Shown here piece after piece: positions 40,252 through 50,243 of a DNA stretch of 64,000 nucleotides. Made by a program: the position numbers and the translations under genes. The DNA comes from Syntrophales bacterium (GTDB taxonomy: Bacteria; Desulfobacterota; Syntrophia; Syntrophales; PHBD01). How positions within the stretch are numbered: position 1 is the stretch's first letter; each line of letters begins with the position of its first letter. The notes beneath the pieces are model-generated. The model worked only from the letters and a program-made list of their open reading frames with translations, was not told the origin of the DNA and searched no databases. The stretch lies in NCBI GenBank assembly GCA_963668175.1, contig OY764159.1, forward strand, positions 2,624,001 to 2,688,000, in the 5' to 3' direction.

Positions 40252-40698
40252 TCACAGAAGGGAGTTCGACATCCTCCCGCGAACAACGGGGATGCCCGTG
40301 CGGCCGGTCACGGACGGCTTCCATCGGGCCGCGGCGGGCGGCAGACCCATTATGAGAACCTAGCCTTTTTCCGGCTGGAAGCCGGACCGGGCTTTCTGCA
40401 TGTTTTCCCTGAAAGATTCGAGGCTCTCTCTGCTCTGCGCCGTGAACCCTTGCTGCTGTTCCTGCGTCGAGAAGAGAAACACGCTCTTATCGGAGATCGT
40501 GGCGAGCAGCGTGTCGACAAACGCCGCCCTGGCGGACGAGAGACATTGGAGCTTCGGCGTGTAAAGGGCCGGGGCCGAACTGTTTTCGCTTTTCGTGTGC
40601 AGGACGCCGGCGGCTACGGCGGAAACCGCCACCACCGAAACGACGGCAACCGCCGCCATCCATTTTATCCTGAGGGACGATTTCGTGAAAAAACGCAT
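40252..40698 (-). pseudogene. Truncated paralogue of the MCP N-terminal 4HB domain
   Basis: LQCLSSARAAFVDTL...FRENMQKAR..FQPEKG*; TAG replaces AAG, homology continues about 15 codons past it (WKP vs WEP) and then decays. Confidence 0.75.
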
Positions 40699-41176
40699 AA
40701 GTCACACTCCGGGAACGGAAATAGGTCATAGGTGTTCAGAATTCCGTGCACGGGCGCGTGACAGGCGGGATAGAAAACGCCGTATGGCATTGTCAGACTA
40801 CATCAGTGTTTCAGGATTGTCAACAAAAATGTGTACGAGACGAAAGAAAGGGGCGGCAACCCGGCGGGGGTATCGAAAAGGATAAGTGAACGATATCTTG
40901 ATCATTATGGCAAAAGGAAGCGGCGGGGCAGGGCGGTGAGGCAGGAAAATATTTTCGCACGGGGGAGCTTTGCGAGAAGCAGGGGGATTTGCTGCGGCCG
41001 TCGCGGACGTCGCAACCGGCGACGACGGCGGCGGGGCGGCGACAAACGTGCAGGAAAAGGCAACGGTGTCGGCAAAGCTAAAGCGCTGCGAAAAACAAGG
41101 ATTTACATTGACTTGAGGGTTTGCGGCCTCTATAATCGGCGCGAGGGGGCATCAACAGGAAAAGGAGAGGAAGGAC

Positions 41177-42289
41177 ATGAAAGGCGCAAAGGCAAAGAAA
41201 GACAAAAGGACGATCACGGCGCTATCCCTGCAGGGCGGCGGGGCCAGGGGCGCGTACGAATACGGCGTCATCAAGGCGATCTACGAAATGCGGGGGAAAA
41301 ACTTCCATCCGCGCGCCGTCGCGGGCATTTCCATCGGGGCGATCAACGGCGCGGTCCTCATCGGCGCCAAGGGCGATCCCATGGAGGCCCTGGACGAGCT
41401 TTGGCGGAAACGGTTCTGCGTGGACAACCCCATGACGGCGTGGCTTTCGTGGCTGCCGAACTTTCCGGAGGAGTGCTTCACGCTGCCCTTTGCCGGATAT
41501 CCGGAGCAGGCCCTTTCGCTCTTCGGCAATCCCGGAATGTACAGCCTGAAGCCGGAATTCGCATTTGCGCCGTGGCTCGCGTCGCTCAACGAAACGAGCG
41601 TCTACGACACGTCCGCGCTGAAAGAGACGCTGCACGATCTTATCGACGTCCGGAAGCTGAACAAACCGGAGGAGACGCGATTCATCGTCACGGCCGTCAA
41701 CGTCACGACCGGGCAGCACGCCAAGTTCGACAACGCCAGGACGGAGATAACGCTTTCGCACATCCTCGCGAGCGGCAGTTTCCCCGTGACCTTCCCCATG
41801 ACGGAGATCGGCGCGCACCACTACTGGGACGGCGGCGTCTTCATCAACCTGCCCATCGCCGCCGCGGTGAACGCCCTGGAGGACGTGGAGTCCGACGATC
41901 CCGAAGTGGAGCGGGAGCTGATCTTCGTGGAGCTGCACAAGATGAATGAGGAGATTCCGCAGTCGATCCTCGGGGCGACGGAGCGGTTCTACAACATGCT
42001 TTTTTCGGGGAAGATGGCCATCGACAGGAAGATCCTGAGCCGGTACCGCACCTTCGTGGATCTCGTCCAGGAAATCGAAAAGGTCATCCCTGCCGACAGC
42101 CCCATCCGCAAACACGCAGGCTACAGGGAACTCTCCCGGCACCGGCGGATCGACAAGGCGATCATCGTCGGCGAGAAGGGGACCGGCGCCACGGGCTCGT
42201 CGAGCGACTTCTCCCGCAAGACCCTGGAGCACCGCATCGAAGCCGGCTACGCCGACGCCCTGGCCGCCTTCAAGGCGGAACCGCTGTAG
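41177..42289 (+). CDS. Patatin-like phospholipase
   Basis: GGGARG, GISIG (GxSxG) and WDGG motifs. Confidence 0.92.
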   Translation: MKGAKAKKDKRTITALSLQGGGARGAYEYGVIKAIYEMRGKNFHPRAVAGISIGAINGAVLIGAKGDPMEALDELWRKRFCVDNPMTAWLSWLPNFPEECFTLPFAGYPEQALSLFGNPGMYSLKPEFAFAPWLASLNETSVYDTSALKETLHDLIDVRKLNKPEETRFIVTAVNVTTGQHAKFDNARTEITLSHILASGSFPVTFPMTEIGAHHYWDGGVFINLPIAAAVNALEDVESDDPEVERELIFVELHKMNEEIPQSILGATERFYNMLFSGKMAIDRKILSRYRTFVDLVQEIEKVIPADSPIRKHAGYRELSRHRRIDKAIIVGEKGTGATGSSSDFSRKTLEHRIEAGYADALAAFKAEPL

Positions 42290-42301
42290 GGCGCTCTTAG
42301 A

Positions 42302-43728
42302 TTACGATGTACGGCTCAGTTTATCGATAATGGCCTGCGCTTTGTTCTTGCGGTGTGTTCCAAGATGCTCATAATCGAGAGCTATTCTAAGGTGATGAAG
42401 AGCTTTTTGATTGTGCTTTTTACGTCCAGCCGTATTACGTGCTGAGAGTGCAAGCGAGGTTCTGCCGATTGTGTAGTGTATCTCCGCCGCTGTAGACGTG
42501 TCAGGAACTGCATTGATGCAGTCGGCAAGCGTTTTAATTCCTCTGTGATCCGGCAGATCTTCCCGAAAGAAAAGAGTGCGGGCGGCATTTGGTTTCGATA
42601 AATAATTTCTTAAATTTTCTCTTGATACGTCAACACTATTTTCGGGCTTTATGAATACGTCGAGTTTGTTGGATCGCAGTACCCCGTGACCTGTATCGAA
42701 TTCGATCCAGAGGGTGTGCAAACCCGCACGACGGAATGTGTAGCCACCTGATTGACCGAAAACCGGTATATCGCGTCTATACGGTTCAATCTGTGTAATC
42801 TTTCTCATCTTATTTACGCCGCAATAATGTTGGGGTGATCGATATAGATGCCGTTCGCGCAGAGAATCTTCTATCATAAGCCGGAATCTTCCATATCCAG
42901 GGTCGAGCTCGTCCGGGATATCAAATGACGGTTTTCCACCTCCGATCAACCGCAACTCAATGTCGAGTTGTATGGGTTCAAATTTCCAGAATTCCCGCGG
43001 CCAGCAATTTATATTGAGTTCCAGTCCGAACGGCATTGACGATTTTGCCGCATACGGAGGGATATTCAGGTTGCCGTAAGTGCCCGTGTCCATAAAGGGA
43101 CTTCCGCCAGGGCGAACATTAGGATTTGTTGAACATTGCGAAAGCCAGTCTTTTTGATCCTCGCTGAAATGAAAGCAGCCGGACCGTACGGCTTCTCCAC
43201 TTGACTCCGTGCCATAAAATTAATGGAATCTTCATCATGATGAAGATTAAAAACATGGCCGAGTTCATGTACTGTTGTGAAAAGGACCTCTTCCGCGTAA
43301 GATTCTTCGTCGCTACGCAATTCAGAGATTGCGCCGAGAAACACGGCGCATCCTTCCCGCGGCACCTTTGTGAATAAATCGACACTATTGAGGTCGTCAT
43401 CTGTCGCGAAACCTCGATCGAACATGACACCTAAAGCCGGCCTGAAAGGCTCATAGCTTTCGGCAAGGAGAATTCCGATTCGCGAAATGGGGCCTTCGAT
43501 AGGATTGCCCGTCAGATAGGCGAGTGCGTTATGAAGTTCAAGGGCCGTGACCGAACTGTCTTGCGAAAGCGGGTGCCGGATCATCTTCGGTTCCGTGCAG
43601 GCAAGCGAGACGTCTCCGCGCGATGCAACTTCGAAATGCTTTTGAATGAATTCGGTCAGATTCGGTATTGACCCATATCGATCGAGTTTGGGGCTCATCA
43701 TTCCGATCTGGCACTCGAGTTTCGTCAT
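42302..43728 (-). pseudogene. Zinc metalloprotease (HELGH) with Ig-like and TPR-like C-terminus, split by a 1-nt frameshift near 43172
   Basis: HELGHVFNLHH and NFM Met-turn; adding one T joins PAAF to HFSEDQKDWL...VRPGGSPF-MDTGTY in the 42302..43093 frame. Confidence 0.75.
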
Positions 43729-44813
43729 TGCATGACCTCAAACGAGATACTGGAATCACTTTTCGGCTTTTCGGTCGCCTTGGTTGAATATGGCAAAGTC
43801 ATTTTATATTTTCCCGCGGGTAGTCCTTTACTGAAATTTATGACGACTGTTTTATTATCGGGTTGCAGCGTAAACGTGAGCCCGTATGTGCTGTGTTCAA
43901 TGAGTTTGTTGTCCTTGTATAAGATTGCTTTATCAGAATATACCTTGAATATTTCCTGGTCTGCGACGACGGAGAATTTTTTGACTTCAGAAGCAGTTAA
44001 ACGACTTGAGCCTTTAAAATAGAACGCTTGCGCTGCAACTGGCAGTTTCGGCGTGACAGCCGTGGCCGTATCGAACGTATGCTGGATATTAACCGCCACA
44101 AGCTTCACATTGTCTTCCTTTTTTTCATCTTCGTATTGAACGACTTTGAACAGCACCGGGCCCCAAGCCTGGCCTGTCCTATTCATTCCCTCCGCATCTT
44201 TCGGCGCATTCATTGCCCCCAGTTCTTTTATAGATTCTTGTTTTAGCGAATCCACTTTAGCCTGTGCCTGTGCAACTTTGACCTCTGCTGCGGCAATGTC
44301 CGCGGCAGTAATTCCGTTGTCTTTGTTTTTTCCCAGCTCTTCAAGTTTCATGAGTGCTGCCTTCGCCTGACTCAGTTCGAGCTGAGCGTCGGCGATCGCC
44401 TTTTGTGCGGCACTTTTCTTATCGGCTACCTTTTTGGCAGCATCCGAAGCGGCCGTGGCACGAGTCGTGTAGACACTCTGTGCCGCATCGGCCAATTTTG
44501 CAGCGACCGTCGTGTTATCGGCTTTAAGTGATACCTTTTTAAGGAGGTTGTTTTCAAAAGACAGGTCGATGGTGTATTTCGACATAAAGGAATACGTCTC
44601 AACGGCGTATTCGTTCTGCGGATCGGGGAGATAGACCCAGTTGTAATCTGCCGTGCCGTCCGATTTCGGGGTCACAAGTAAATATGTTGCGGGAAGGGAA
44701 TACCGGATCCCCTTTTCGTTACCTGTAAATTTCTCAACATGGGTGACAGTTATGCAATTCGTCAGTCCGAGGCAGAAAACAGCTAACGCAATGATTTTCA
44801 TCGAAATGCGCAT
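43725..44813 (-). CDS. Hypothetical lipoprotein with coiled-coil insert and Ig-like C-terminus
   Basis: LTNC lipobox-like signal; GIRYSLP..YLLV...YLPD; stop overlaps the protease start. Confidence 0.8.
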   Translation of the reverse strand: MRISMKIIALAVFCLGLTNCITVTHVEKFTGNEKGIRYSLPATYLLVTPKSDGTADYNWVYLPDPQNEYAVETYSFMSKYTIDLSFENNLLKKVSLKADNTTVAAKLADAAQSVYTTRATAASDAAKKVADKKSAAQKAIADAQLELSQAKAALMKLEELGKNKDNGITAADIAAAEVKVAQAQAKVDSLKQESIKELGAMNAPKDAEGMNRTGQAWGPVLFKVVQYEDEKKEDNVKLVAVNIQHTFDTATAVTPKLPVAAQAFYFKGSSRLTASEVKKFSVVADQEIFKVYSDKAILYKDNKLIEHSTYGLTFTLQPDNKTVVINFSKGLPAGKYKMTLPYSTKATEKPKSDSSISFEVMQ

Positions 44814-44815
44814 CG

Positions 44816-45373
44816 CTAATTTCCTCCTTGTTCTGCGATTGTTACACGGATGACCATCTTTTGACCGTTCTTATCCACCGCAGCCCCTTTTTCAGGGCCG
44901 CCCCTGAGCTCAATCGTGTTATCTTTAACAACGATCTTGAAGAGATAAGGAACGGGGACTGTTGCGATATTGGTTTCACCGGGCGCGTTAAAGGCTGTCT
45001 TAACGACTGCGCCGAGCACCTTTGCCAGGGCATCTACGGTAGCCCCCGGGACAATCGTTTCATCGACAATCGCCGCGGCCTGGGTCAACATGCCCGCATC
45101 GAACTGCAGCGTGCTTTCGTTGGTGGCGAAATAAGCATAGGGTTTAGCGGACATCTTCTGGGATATGTCCGGCAGAAACTTGATCTCGCTGACGATGCCG
45201 CCCTTCCCGTCAGAATGAACGAATAGATAGGGCGCGGGTTGGTAATAGCGGAATCCGCGTGCCGCTTTATCGCGCTCTGCATCTTTTCCCAGCGTCTCGA
45301 CACTGAGGCCCGCACATGCGTATAGTGTATTGATCACGAGGAATACAGAGAACCATGTGAAAAATCTCACCAT
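44816..45373 (-). CDS. Hypothetical lipoprotein, paralogue of 43725..44813
   Basis: LYAC lipobox; GFRYYQP..YLFV...FLPD. Confidence 0.8.
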   Translation of the reverse strand: MVRFFTWFSVFLVINTLYACAGLSVETLGKDAERDKAARGFRYYQPAPYLFVHSDGKGGIVSEIKFLPDISQKMSAKPYAYFATNESTLQFDAGMLTQAAAIVDETIVPGATVDALAKVLGAVVKTAFNAPGETNIATVPVPYLFKIVVKDNTIELRGGPEKGAAVDKNGQKMVIRVTIAEQGGN

Positions 45374-46177
45374 ATATGATCTCCCTTCCGAAAATGTATT
45401 AGTCGGGTTTCCCTTAATCGATACATTTTCATGGTGTTAATTAGATGAAAGACCCGCCGGACGCGAGAGGCTTTTTTTGAGGTCTCCATTGAGGAAGACA
45501 ACATGCGTCCTTGTAAAGAGAAAAATCGCGGGTAACAATTCTTTGAATCACCCACAGGTAATCGATATGCAGCCCTGCTTCAGAAAAAGGGCAAATAATG
45601 GATATTCAAAATCTGGACGAACGGGATAGTCGGAAAGAGGATCAGGATGATCATTCTCGGTTAACTTTTAAATCAAAAGATCGTATAACCGTCAAGTAAT
45701 ATATAGTTAAATAATGTTATAAATATATGCAATAATGTTCATATTATGTGTAAGTGTCTGGGCTTTTTAAAAAATGATTACGATTTCCGTGACAGACTTT
45801 CGGGAAGGCACGATGCAAAGGATTCGGAGTTGCAGGGAACGAATAAAAACCGCGGATGTTTTGCGTGAGGAAGGGACGGATGCAGCGGACGCCGGGGCAA
45901 GACAAGGCGGGCTTCGCGCTTGAGATAAAGGCCGCAGGCGCGGCGGTTCCTGTGTTTTCCCGGTTCAGGCAACGGCGCATCGTGCGATGCACGGTGTTTG
46001 CGGGGGAGGGCGGCGGGGAATAGCCGGCGTGGCAAAGCCTGACGCCCGGCGGGCAATAGTCGCGGATAATGCCGTCCAAGCGCTTCTGCCGGGACCTGCG
46101 GACAAGGTGGGCGGCGTGTTTCCCCAAACATAGGGCCATGACACGGCGGCCGGGCGGTCTAAAGACCGCGCCCCCCC

Positions 46178-48556
46178 TTACCGCATCTGCTTGACGGCGA
46201 GGACGGCCTGGTTGCAGAGGGTCTTCATGTAGGAGGTCTTGTTGCCGGGGAGGATGTCGCCCTTCTTCCCCTTGTCGGCGTAGAAGACGCCGATGGGCTT
46301 GCCGCGGATGACGATGGGGTACACGACGAACGCCGGGGCGCCGATGAGCCGGACGTACCACTCGGGGATCAGGGGCTTGACGCCCGGATCGTCCGTATCG
46401 TTGACGATGATCTCCTGGTTGGTTTCGATGGCCGCGTTGAAGGCGTCGCCCGCCGTGGCGGTCTTGAAGCTGAATTGGTTAAGGAGCTGCTGCGTGTCGG
46501 CGCCGAAGGCGAACCGGGCCGTCATCCTGCCGCTCCGGGCGTCCATGACGCAAAGGACGACGCGCTGGAACCCGAAACCCCGGTACATGGTCTCCAGGAT
46601 CATGTAGAGGACGTCGTTGAGCTGGGCGTCGCCGAGAAGAACGTTGCTGATTTCCTGGATGCCCTCGATGAGGACGCTGTCCGGTTCTTCGGCCGCAGCG
46701 CCGGCTGTGGCGGCTTTGCCCGGTCCCGATACGGCGGCCGGCGCCGCCGCCCGTCCCGGAAGCCCGGAGGCGAATGCCGCTGCTGCGGCGGCGGGAGCGG
46801 CGGGCACGCCCGTCTCGTGCAGGACGCGGTTCAGAAGGTCGCTCTTCCGGACGTCGATCTTTAACGCGTCGGCGTACCGCATCATCTCCCTGGCCCCGTT
46901 GAAAATCAGATCGTGCATCTGCTTGTCGTTGTGGCGGATGGCGTCGCGGTAGCGGGCGGCGAGGGCCTTGAAGGCCTCGGCCCGGGCGGGACCCTCCGTC
47001 GTCCGCAGGATCTCGCACATGGCGTTGGCGCAGTTCGCCACGACCTTCAGGACCTCCCCCTCGGATTTGGGTTTCGCGACCCGGCCTTCCGGCAGGCGGC
47101 ACAGGCTGTCGACGATGATCTTCGGGAAATTCCACGTCCGCAGGACCGCCATCGCCAGTTCCTCGTAGGCGACGCCCAGCACCGAGAGCGACGCCGCGTG
47201 TTCGTTCAGGTTCTTCTTCGCCATCCGCTCCCGGATGGCGCCGTACTCTTCCGGGAAATAGAGGATCACGAGGTGTTTGCCCAAGTTGTGCATCATCCCG
47301 CAGATGAAGCTCTCCTCGATGCCGCGGCCGGAGACGCCTTCCGAGAGCTTGCCCGAGATCAGGCCGGCCATGAAGGAGGCGACGGCCGAATCCTTCAGGT
47401 CCGCCACGTGGCTGTGGTTCTGCAATTGGTCAAAGAGCATGAGGCCGATGGCCGTCATCCGGACCCGTTCGAACCCGAGGACGACGACGGCCCTTGTCAC
47501 CGTCGTGATCTTCCCCGAGAGCTGCCCGTAGAAGGCCGAGTTGACGAGCTTCAGGAGTTTGCTCGTCAGGGAATAGTCCCGGAGGATGACGTTGGAAAGG
47601 TCCGAGGCGGAGACGGCGCTGGCGTTGGACGTCGATGTCTTCTGGTTGATTTCCGAGATGTTCTGGGAGAAGGTCGGGAAGTCCTTCATACGGGACATGC
47701 GCCTGATGAGGAAGTCGACCGTGCTGTGGCTCTTGCCGTCTCTGTCCCCCATGCTCTCGTCGGGATTCAGGTAGTCGTCCAGGTCGCGCTTCATCTCCAG
47801 GGCGCTCGCGTACCGGTCTTCCGGCTGTTTTTCGATGGCCCGCATGACGATGTGGTCGATCCTGGGGTCCACCGCGCTGTTTCGGGCGGAGGGCGGCTCG
47901 ACGGGATCGAAGGCGATGCGGTACAGGACGTTCACGTCGCTGCCCTTGTCGAAAACGGGCTTTCCGGCGAGCATTTCGTAGAAGATGAGGCCGAGGGAGA
48001 AGAGGTCGGACGCAGGGCCGAGGGTCTGGCGGTTGAGCTGTTCCGGCGACATGTAGCCGCTGGTACCCGACAGTTCCGGCTCCGAGCCCGTCGCGACGGC
48101 GATGCCGAAGTCCAGGATGCGGGGGACGTCCTTCCCGTCGATCATGATGTTCGCGGGCTTCAGGTCCCGGTGGACGATGCCGTGGTCGTGGGCGTAGGCG
48201 ATGCCGTCGAGGAGCCGGCTCATCAGCCGGGCCCCGTAAGCGACGTCCAGCTTGCCTTTGCGGGCGATCAGCTCCTTCAGGGTCGTGCCCTCGACGTATT
48301 CGAACACGATGTAGACCATGCCCTCGTGCTCGTCCGCGTCGTAGACGGTGACGATGTTGGGGTGCTGGAAGCGGCTGATCGTCTGGGCCTCGCGGATCAA
48401 CTGCTGGGTGTGGGCGCTCCGGTGCTGCGGCTGTAGGTTGAGGACCTTGATCGCCACCCGGCGGGCCAGGTGGGGGTCGTCGGCGAGGTATACCCGTCCT
48501 TGGGCTCCTCTGCCCAGTTCCCTGACGACTTTAAATCGGCCGATCCGGTCTTCCAT
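46178..48556 (-). CDS. Hanks-type Ser/Thr kinase fused to HDOD and GAF-like domains
   Basis: LGRGAQG, VAIK, HRDLKPAN, DFG and YMSPE; D..LT.KLLKLVNSAFY (HDOD); C-terminal GAF-like region. Confidence 0.92.
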   Translation of the reverse strand: MEDRIGRFKVVRELGRGAQGRVYLADDPHLARRVAIKVLNLQPQHRSAHTQQLIREAQTISRFQHPNIVTVYDADEHEGMVYIVFEYVEGTTLKELIARKGKLDVAYGARLMSRLLDGIAYAHDHGIVHRDLKPANIMIDGKDVPRILDFGIAVATGSEPELSGTSGYMSPEQLNRQTLGPASDLFSLGLIFYEMLAGKPVFDKGSDVNVLYRIAFDPVEPPSARNSAVDPRIDHIVMRAIEKQPEDRYASALEMKRDLDDYLNPDESMGDRDGKSHSTVDFLIRRMSRMKDFPTFSQNISEINQKTSTSNASAVSASDLSNVILRDYSLTSKLLKLVNSAFYGQLSGKITTVTRAVVVLGFERVRMTAIGLMLFDQLQNHSHVADLKDSAVASFMAGLISGKLSEGVSGRGIEESFICGMMHNLGKHLVILYFPEEYGAIRERMAKKNLNEHAASLSVLGVAYEELAMAVLRTWNFPKIIVDSLCRLPEGRVAKPKSEGEVLKVVANCANAMCEILRTTEGPARAEAFKALAARYRDAIRHNDKQMHDLIFNGAREMMRYADALKIDVRKSDLLNRVLHETGVPAAPAAAAAAFASGLPGRAAAPAAVSGPGKAATAGAAAEEPDSVLIEGIQEISNVLLGDAQLNDVLYMILETMYRGFGFQRVVLCVMDARSGRMTARFAFGADTQQLLNQFSFKTATAGDAFNAAIETNQEIIVNDTDDPGVKPLIPEWYVRLIGAPAFVVYPIVIRGKPIGVFYADKGKKGDILPGNKTSYMKTLCNQAVLAVKQMR

Positions 48557-48579
48557 ATCCGTAATCCTTGGTTTTCACG

Positions 48580-48984
48580 TTATAACCTATTTGTGAAAAC
48601 ATTGCAATACGTATGCTGCCGCGTAAGATGAGGACGGACGGCCTGGAATAAGGGGGAGGAGGCGGGGTCGGCGACCGTCGTGAAATCGGGACACGCCATC
48701 GTCGAAAGCGGGATATCCCTTGTCTCGTACCAGTAGTGGCGCAGGCCGTAGATTTCCGGGTTCCGGTAGCCCTCGCAGTAGGGGTAGTGCGTCACGCAGG
48801 CGGGGCTGCCGTCTCTGTTCAGTCGATCGAGGGCATAGACGGCGGCGTAATCGACCTTCGATATGCCCGAGAGAAGTTGAACCTTTGTCAGTCCGGATGT
48901 ATTTTTTTCAACGCTTTTTCGGGGCCGGGATGCGGAACGCGATTGACACGCCGCGCCATATTGCCCTATGATTTCACGAAACAC
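48580..48984 (-). CDS. Possible hypothetical protein (start uncertain)
   Basis: Protein-like Tyr/Cys-rich central part; no recognisable family. Confidence 0.3.
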   Translation of the reverse strand: MFREIIGQYGAACQSRSASRPRKSVEKNTSGLTKVQLLSGISKVDYAAVYALDRLNRDGSPACVTHYPYCEGYRNPEIYGLRHYWYETRDIPLSTMACPDFTTVADPASSPLFQAVRPHLTRQHTYCNVFTNRL

Positions 48985-49025
48985 CGGGGTTTGGCGGCCC
49001 CGGTTTCACGGGGAGGGAAAAGGCG

Positions 49026-49694
49026 ATGAAGATTCTTGGCATCAACGCGAGTCCGAAGGGGGGCAGGAGCGAGACGGCGAAACTGGTCCGCGCCGTCCTC
49101 GACGGGGCGAAGGCGGCGGGCGCGAAAACGGAGTTCGCGGACGTCTGCAAACTCAACATCGAATACTGCATCGGCTGCGGCGTCTGTTATAAAAAAGGGA
49201 AGTGTTTCCAAAAGGACGACTTCGCGGCCCTGTACGATAAAATCCTGGCCGCCGACGGCATCGTCGTGGGCTCTCCGAACTACTTCCGGTCAGTCTCGGC
49301 CCAGTTGAAAACCGTTATCGACCGCATGGCCGACGCGATCCACTGCCAGCTTCTTTCGGGCAAGTACGCCGTCGTCGCGGCGACGTCGGGCGGCACCGGG
49401 CAGGACAGGCAGGTGACGGACTACCTGACGGATATCATGGTCAACTTCGGGGCCTTCGTCACGGGGACCGCCGGCGTGGCCGTTCAGCAGGGGCCGAAGC
49501 GCTTCCGGGGCGCCGTGGAGAAGGCCTTCCGCCTCGGCGAAACCCTCGTTTCCGACATCGGGGCCGGCAAGATCCACCGGAAGCAGGCGAAGCTCCATGC
49601 CGCGAACCGGGCCTATTTCCAGGCCCTGACGAAGATGCACGGGGACGAATGGGCGAGCGAATACCGCTACTGGGACGCGAAGGGCTGGAAGTAG
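49026..49694 (+). CDS. Iron-sulfur flavoprotein / NADPH-dependent FMN reductase family
   Basis: GINASP, CIGCGVC-x5-C, GSPNY and LKTVIDR. Confidence 0.9.
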   Translation: MKILGINASPKGGRSETAKLVRAVLDGAKAAGAKTEFADVCKLNIEYCIGCGVCYKKGKCFQKDDFAALYDKILAADGIVVGSPNYFRSVSAQLKTVIDRMADAIHCQLLSGKYAVVAATSGGTGQDRQVTDYLTDIMVNFGAFVTGTAGVAVQQGPKRFRGAVEKAFRLGETLVSDIGAGKIHRKQAKLHAANRAYFQALTKMHGDEWASEYRYWDAKGWK

Positions 49695-49795
49695 GGATAG
49701 AAGGAAGAAGAACGGGAACGTGAGAGGGTGCAGGGTCGATACGGAAGCGGGATCATGGACGGCAGGCAGCCGAAGACGCCCCCGCCCGAGCGCGG

Positions 49796-49951
49796 CTATT
49801 TGATGTCGTGGGAATCCCTGTAGAGCTCCTTGAGCTTGTCGTAGAGGCTTCGGAGAACGACGTCCGGAGTCTGCGCGGAATAACCGCCCTGCGAGGACGC
49901 CATGGTCATTTCGAGAGCCTTGTTCAAGCACCATATCTTGTCGACTTCCAT
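49796..49951 (-). CDS. Small hypothetical protein (51 aa)
   Basis: MEVDKIWCLNKALE...LYDKLKELY, amphipathic helices, AGGAGG upstream. Confidence 0.6.
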   Translation of the reverse strand: MEVDKIWCLNKALEMTMASSQGGYSAQTPDVVLRSLYDKLKELYRDSHDIK

Positions 49952-50243
49952 TTTCCTTATCCTCCTTTTCTGCGGGATAGCCGCATGATAAACTTCCCGT
50001 CGGAAGAAGCAAGCGAAATCGATACGAGGCGCAACCCGCCCGGCGGCAACATGCCTGTCCGCAGCTTCGCCGGAAACCGATAACCCGCCCCGCCTTTTCC
50101 CCTTGACAAAACCCGGCCGCTGGTGTTTTGTATGCGGCTTCTGATGCCCGCCAGGGCCGGGCGGGCCGTGACAATCTGCGAATAAACAGGACGGGGCCCC
50201 GAAAACCGCACGCAAGACGTTCAAAAGGAAAGAAATCCTCCGC

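Noticed and set aside
40360..40362. Pyrrolysine/TAG read-through in the MCP paralogue
   Set aside because: Homology decays about 15 codons later and a TGA follows within about 35 codons; a simple nonsense mutation is more likely.
45380..46170. Riboswitch or ncRNA in the long intergenic region
   Set aside because: No recognisable aptamer consensus (c-di-GMP, SAM, TPP, cobalamin) found by eye.
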